Below, piece after piece: positions 59,134 to 64,000 of a stretch of DNA of 64,000 bases. A model generated the notes under the pieces. That model was given only the letters and a program-made list of their open reading frames with translations. It searched no databases and was not told the DNA's origin. Position 1 is the stretch's first letter. Each line of letters starts with the position of its first letter. A program made the translations under genes and the position numbers. Source of the stretch: Candidatus Latescibacterota bacterium (GTDB taxonomy: Bacteria > Latescibacterota > UBA2968 > UBA8231); assembly GCA_963422735.1 (NCBI GenBank), contig OY730476.1:3744001-3808000 (forward strand), given 5' to 3'.

Positions 59134-61083
59134 TTAGTAGGCCACCGCAATGGTGCGCGTGCGCGTGAAGGCACCCGCGTCTGTCTCGACAGAAAGTCGG
59201 GCGAGGTATAGGCCCGGAGCCACGCGCCCCGTCCCCTCTCCCCGTCCATCCCATTCTTCGACATAACGCCCTTCGCTTCTGGAATCGGCCGATAGCGTTC
59301 GCACTTTGCGTCCGCGCAAATCGTAGATTTCAAAGACCACTTGGCTGGCCTGTACGCCCAGTAGTGAATAGGCCAGTTCAAGCATGTCGTTGCGCCCATC
59401 GCCATTCGGCGTCACTACGGTCGATCCCACGTCTAATGCTCTCAGCACATCTAACTCCTCTCTCAGTGCCAGCACCTCGATGGAATTGGTCGATACCTCT
59501 GCGTTGGCATCTCCGGGGTCGATAGATTGGGGCTGTCCTTCTCCCCCCACGACAAACACTTCGCCCTGAAACAGAGCGTTAAAACTGAAGATGCCCGTTT
59601 TGAACAGCAGCCGCAGCGGTCTATTGTCTTCGGCCGCGATGCGGTTGGACGGAAAATAGACGATTAACTCACCCTGTTTTTCCGCGATGCTGTCGGGCTC
59701 CACAGCGACCAAGGGGTCGCCCATTTCCAATCCTATAAACTGGACTCGGGTCGGGGTTTGCAGCCTTAAAGCATCAAAACCCGACTTGGTCGCCGACTCA
59801 AACTCGGCCCGCACGTCAAAAGTGAAAATACGCTCCTCGCCCAAGGGCACTTCCGTCTTGCGCCCGAGCGGCTGTGGTTCGCCCTGTAATGCGACCTCTC
59901 CGATGACCGCATCGACCAGCAGAGGTGAGTATTCTACGACCAGCGAATCCATGCGGCTATAGGTGAACAAATCATCGCTCTCCATCGTGAAGTTGACTTT
60001 GATATACTGCCGATTATCCGGCGAAAGGATCTCTATGCCCTCGCCTCCAGACGCTTTTTGCGGCACCGACCAGAAGCTCCAGTTGTCCACATCGGGCCGC
60101 TCCGGCCCTCGGGCTCCAGGGCGCACATAATCGTCGCGCGGTGCTTTATTCCATTCGGCAAAACTCACTTCGCGCTCTGTCCTCAGCTCGGTATAGATGC
60201 TGTAGACCTGTGGCGTATCGTCCCGGCCGGTCTGGGTTTCCAGCGAAAAGAAGATGGGATTTTCTGCCAAAAGTTCGGGTTCGCTGTCTATGCTCTCTTT
60301 GGAAAACCCGTTGAAATAAGGTATGATCCGCCCGAAGTTGACCGGCTTGCCGATGTCGATCACCTTGGAGATGTATTGCGATTTTTGCACAAAACCCTCG
60401 CCATAAAACTCCACCTCGGCAATGACGCCTAGTTCCGGGAAGTTTAAGAAAATGAACTGTAGGGGCTGGGTGGGAAAACGAGCATTGGCGATGCGCGTGG
60501 TTTGGTTGAGATTCTGCTCCAGTAAAAGGTCAAAACGCCCTTGCTTGAAGTGCTCTCCATCAATTGCGGCCCAAACTTCATACAGCTTGGGATAGGCGTT
60601 TTTGAGTGGCAAACCCGGCGTGATCCGCTTGCGGTCGTCGGTCTGTGTGCGTCCTTCTGCCGGAGAAAAAAAGCGGAGGCGGTTGATGGGCAATTCCCAA
60701 CCTAGGTTGTAGTAATAATAGCCGGAGACAATGGCCACTGAGCGGGTCGTGTCGCCATCTACTGTATATATAAAGCCGTTATCTCCCAGGACCTCGGGCT
60801 GACCGGGAACGAGGCGTGCGGCCTGCATCCCGCCCCGCTCTCCCCCCCAGGGATTGCCGAAGACATCGGCGCGCGAGCTGCCCTTCTTCTCGCCCAGCGC
60901 GATATTGACATCTGGGTCCAATTCGTAGGGCTGCAGACTGCCGTTCACGACCCACATGCCGCCCATCAACTCGGCTAGTTCTTCCCAGCCTTTATCTCCT
61001 ATGCCCAGCACCAATCGCTCTACCTGTGCCTCTGCAAAACAAGGGGCTAAAAGCAAAAGAGCTAGTGCTACTTTGTGCTTCAT
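59134..61083 (-). CDS. Secreted protein with CHU_C/FlgD-Ig-like tail (paralog 2)
   Basis: AEVEFYGEGFV, WSFWS, TPNGDGRND, WDGR..G..VAPGLY, ends IAVAY. Confidence 0.75.
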   Translation of the reverse strand: MKHKVALALLLLAPCFAEAQVERLVLGIGDKGWEELAELMGGMWVVNGSLQPYELDPDVNIALGEKKGSSRADVFGNPWGGERGGMQAARLVPGQPEVLGDNGFIYTVDGDTTRSVAIVSGYYYYNLGWELPINRLRFFSPAEGRTQTDDRKRITPGLPLKNAYPKLYEVWAAIDGEHFKQGRFDLLLEQNLNQTTRIANARFPTQPLQFIFLNFPELGVIAEVEFYGEGFVQKSQYISKVIDIGKPVNFGRIIPYFNGFSKESIDSEPELLAENPIFFSLETQTGRDDTPQVYSIYTELRTEREVSFAEWNKAPRDDYVRPGARGPERPDVDNWSFWSVPQKASGGEGIEILSPDNRQYIKVNFTMESDDLFTYSRMDSLVVEYSPLLVDAVIGEVALQGEPQPLGRKTEVPLGEERIFTFDVRAEFESATKSGFDALRLQTPTRVQFIGLEMGDPLVAVEPDSIAEKQGELIVYFPSNRIAAEDNRPLRLLFKTGIFSFNALFQGEVFVVGGEGQPQSIDPGDANAEVSTNSIEVLALREELDVLRALDVGSTVVTPNGDGRNDMLELAYSLLGVQASQVVFEIYDLRGRKVRTLSADSRSEGRYVEEWDGRGEGTGRVAPGLYLARLSVETDAGAFTRTRTIAVAY

Positions 61084-61110
61084 GCTCAGTTTTCCGCGTT
61101 TAAATGGGCA

Positions 61111-63018
61111 TTAATAGGCCACGTGGATCAGGCGCATGCGGTTGACTTCGTCGGCCGCCGCTTCTATCGAGGCTCTTGCGATATAGGTCCCTGGTGGCAC
61201 CAGATCGCCGGCATTGTTCGTTCCGTCCCAGTGCCACTGGGTATAACGTCCGGCGGTCAGCGCATCGGAAAGCACGTTTTTTATTAAGCGACCCGAAAGA
61301 TCGTATACGAGCAGTTCCGCAGCGACGGACTGCACTAAATGGATGAGCACAAAAGAGAAGACGGACGAATCGTTTATGCCATCGCCATTGGGCGTTATAG
61401 CCGGCGGAGAAACGGCAAAGGACTGTAGTACGCTTTCGCCGCTGGCGAGGAAAATTACCTCCTGCGAATCCGTGCCTACTTCCCGCGTTGCGTCGCCCTC
61501 GGCAATGCGCTGGGGAAGGCTGCCCATCGTATCCAGAAGCTGTCCTATAAACTGGGTGGAAAAGAGCAGAGCCTGCGAGCGAAACGTAATCCGCAGACGC
61601 CCGTCTTCTCCTGTACTAATGCGCCGGGACGGGAAATAAACGCGCAAACCCGTATCGTCCACGCGTACGCTATCCGGCTGTATCTCCTCCAACTCGTGCC
61701 CCATTTCTAGTTTGAGAAACTCGGGCTGTATCAGCGTCGAGATATGCACGCCGTCAAAGCCCGTTCCCTCGCCCAAGTCGGCCTTTATGTCGTAGGTAAA
61801 AACCGTATCTCGACCGGCCGGAACGGACGCACGCCCACCGGCCGGAAAGGGATCGTCCAATAGAGCCACTTCGCTCAATGCCAGCGCGGCCAGTGGCGGC
61901 GTATGTACGATGGCTAGGCTATTGACCTGCATGCTGGCGGAGGTATTGCCCTCAAAGCGCAGGCGCACCTGGAAAAAATCGCGCGGCCCCGGCAGATCCA
62001 GCGGAATGGAGTACGTACCGCTGGAGTCGGCGATGAGCGGCTCCGTCCAGGAGGACCAGTGCGTGGCATCCGGGCGAATGCTGCCCTTGAGGATTGACGG
62101 CAGCTCGTCGTAATCTTCTTTGCTGACCAACGCTTCCGACTGGGTCTCTACGTCGGCTATCTGGTAATAATCGAGAGGCGTTTCGTCAACGCCGTTGCGT
62201 ATCTGCACGATCACCCGCACTTGCTCATCGGTGCCCGCGCTGCTTTCGCCTTCCTTGGACAGCGAAACTTTGCGCACGCGAAAAGTCAATGCACCGTAGT
62301 TGACAGGCTGTGCAAGCTGGATGAGCTGTGTTTCGTAGAGCCCACGCGGCACAAAGCCTTCGCCGTGTACCTCGATTTCCGCCAGTTCAAAGGGGTTCGA
62401 TGAAAGCACTCTGAGCTGAATAAAGCGCACCAGTTGAGTCGGGAAGCGCACATCCACTCTTGGATCGCGGTTGATAGTCACTTGGCGAACGGCCTCGTAA
62501 ACGGGCGAGTCATTGGCGTCGAAAGTGCGCCCGTCATTGCGTGATATCTCGTAGCCGGCGACGAACTCATCCTCTCCTTCACGGGGGTAAAAAACAACTT
62601 GGCTAACTGGGAACGAAGCTCCGAGATCCAGAAAAAAAATGCGTCCGCGCTGATTGACCCCCACTTCCTTAAAGCGATTTTCCGTGCTGGTCGTGCCATC
62701 CCCGTCCACTAGGACTTCAGACCCCTCAATGCCCAATGCCGAATTGTTCCACACCTGTCCGTTGCCCTCGGCGATAAAGCTGCTGGGTGCGCCGACTCCC
62801 CAGACTATAAACTGAGTTATATTTTGATCGAGTGAAAAGCTGGCCGGTCCCAAGGCCTGTCCTTCGCCTACGACTACCCCTGCCATAGTCTGCGCTGGCT
62901 CTTCCCAGGCTTGCCCATCTAGGCCGACTCCCCAGACATCGGCTCGCAGTTCCGCCGTTCCAATCCAGAACGACAGGATCAGCCCGACCAAAACAGTTCG
63001 CCTAAAGGAAGCCATCAT
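61111..63018 (-). CDS. Secreted protein with CHU_C/FlgD-Ig-like tail (paralog 1)
   Basis: AEIEVHGEGFV, WSSWT, TPNGDGIND, WDGT..G..VPPGTY, ends IHVAY. Confidence 0.75.
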   Translation of the reverse strand: MMASFRRTVLVGLILSFWIGTAELRADVWGVGLDGQAWEEPAQTMAGVVVGEGQALGPASFSLDQNITQFIVWGVGAPSSFIAEGNGQVWNNSALGIEGSEVLVDGDGTTSTENRFKEVGVNQRGRIFFLDLGASFPVSQVVFYPREGEDEFVAGYEISRNDGRTFDANDSPVYEAVRQVTINRDPRVDVRFPTQLVRFIQLRVLSSNPFELAEIEVHGEGFVPRGLYETQLIQLAQPVNYGALTFRVRKVSLSKEGESSAGTDEQVRVIVQIRNGVDETPLDYYQIADVETQSEALVSKEDYDELPSILKGSIRPDATHWSSWTEPLIADSSGTYSIPLDLPGPRDFFQVRLRFEGNTSASMQVNSLAIVHTPPLAALALSEVALLDDPFPAGGRASVPAGRDTVFTYDIKADLGEGTGFDGVHISTLIQPEFLKLEMGHELEEIQPDSVRVDDTGLRVYFPSRRISTGEDGRLRITFRSQALLFSTQFIGQLLDTMGSLPQRIAEGDATREVGTDSQEVIFLASGESVLQSFAVSPPAITPNGDGINDSSVFSFVLIHLVQSVAAELLVYDLSGRLIKNVLSDALTAGRYTQWHWDGTNNAGDLVPPGTYIARASIEAAADEVNRMRLIHVAY

Positions 63019-63746
63019 TGCTTATTCACCAGTTCGGGCGGTGGCTGAAACCCCTTAAACACCTCGCGCTGAAAGTGAAAGGTCAGATCCTTGGTCTCCA
63101 CGGGCTCGTTGCGGTAATTGTATCGCAATGCAATGTCCCTAACGTGGATAGAAAACTCCGTCACGTCGGGTGCCAAGCTCGGAAAAACGACAAAGCCCTC
63201 TGCCTCCTGACCGCTGAAGACGATCTGCTCCTGAAACATAGTACGCTCGAGCACGTCTTCGCGCTCGTTAAAGCGCCGGTATTCGTTGCCGGCATATCCC
63301 TGAATAAACGAATAGTAGTATTCTAGGATCTGCAACAGTTCTAAAGGCGCGTACTTGCGATACCCATCCTTTGAAACTAGCTCGATCTTGAGGGGATCGA
63401 CACCGACTTTGGGGTAGGCGTAGTTTTTAACTTTTAGCAGCCATACGCTGTGTTTGGGCGGCGTCCACTCTTCGCCCATGCGCTTCCAGTCGCCAAAAGT
63501 ATAGGGATTGGTGGATACGGGCCCCTGCGTGGAGTGCTGTGGGAATTTGCGGTTCAATTCGGCGTCGGTCATGGGGCGCAGACCGATCTCCAGACGCTCG
63601 AACGAATAGGTGATCAAGCCATCGTCTTTAATCACCATATCGGCCTCCTGTTGTCCCTGCGGAGTTGGTTGAATTGGCCCATCGAAATAACGTCCACATC
63701 CTGCCAACATCACTAGGAAACAAAGCCACGCACCGAACCGTATCAT
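63015..63746 (-). CDS. Hypothetical lipoprotein
   Basis: Lipobox LAGC; SGQEAEGFVVF resembles DUF4352-like Ig folds; stop overlaps the next start. Confidence 0.7.
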   Translation of the reverse strand: MIRFGAWLCFLVMLAGCGRYFDGPIQPTPQGQQEADMVIKDDGLITYSFERLEIGLRPMTDAELNRKFPQHSTQGPVSTNPYTFGDWKRMGEEWTPPKHSVWLLKVKNYAYPKVGVDPLKIELVSKDGYRKYAPLELLQILEYYYSFIQGYAGNEYRRFNEREDVLERTMFQEQIVFSGQEAEGFVVFPSLAPDVTEFSIHVRDIALRYNYRNEPVETKDLTFHFQREVFKGFQPPPELVNKQ

Positions 63747-63784
63747 CGCGTTAACCTCGGGAAGTGTACATTGCACTGGCGGTT

Positions 63785-63814
63785 CTTGGGCGGCGGCAGA
63801 TGCCGCCGCCCAAG
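63785..63814. repeat. Perfect GC-rich intergenic hairpin (possible terminator or mRNA stabiliser)
   Basis: CTTGGGCGGCGGC-AGAT-GCCGCCGCCCAAG, no U-tract. Confidence 0.7.
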
Positions 63815-63836
63815 CTGTGGTCAAAGGACCGTTCGG

Positions 63837-63998
63837 TTAGTCTTTGAAGGTCGCTTTGATTTTTGCCCAGCTCTCGGATTCCACTGCGGTGCCCCCGCTG
63901 TCGGCGCGATCGTACTCGTCCTCGCCAAGCAGCGTATATTCCGAGCAGACATCACAGTTGCCCGAAGCGCCGTCCTCGCCGGTCGTTGCTAGCTGATG
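63837..63998 (-). CDS. C-terminal end of a protein with a TAVExxWAxIK tail (partial, not in the ORF track)
   Basis: Reads ...EYTLLGEDEYDRADSGGTAVESESWAKIKATFKD*; open to the window edge. Confidence 0.7.
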   Translation of the reverse strand, partial: HQLATTGEDGASGNCDVCSEYTLLGEDEYDRADSGGTAVESESWAKIKATFKD

Positions 63999-64000
63999 CG

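Overview
GC-rich bacterial chromosomal window. Gene content (DUF6785-like membrane proteins, sulfatases, PhyH dioxygenase, CRTAC1/ASPIC and FlgD-Ig-tailed secreted paralogs) suggests an uncultured FCB-group organism such as Ca. Latescibacterota; this is inference only. Layout: 1-14.7 kb, three carbohydrate ABC clusters with sulfatases and two DUF6785-like paralogs, partly decayed; 14.7-28 kb, mixed hydrolases, an IS5 remnant, a repeat-flanked inserted mini-gene, an L,D-transpeptidase operon with a catalytically dead paralog, a GDPD, apgM and recJ; 28-36.5 kb, housekeeping (rsmB, PASTA, rpe, ffh-rpsP-rimM-trmD-rplS); 36.6-37.8 kb, an AT-richer islet with a decayed TIR gene and an unannotated 38-aa peptide ORF; 38-50 kb, a Rieske fusion, a temptin-like CxxCH protein, copA, and a Tm-1-like/cupin/TIM-barrel operon with a 15-copy heptamer repeat; 50.4-64 kb, a 13.5-kb minus-strand cluster of envelope proteins (three paralogous FlgD/CHU_C-tailed proteins, a putative outer-membrane barrel, lipoprotein, CRTAC1, TPR) interrupted by a 310-bp MITE-like element. 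That last cluster is the best candidate for an uncharacterised system. No rRNA, tRNA or CRISPR array was seen. All family calls come from motif recognition by eye, not database searches.
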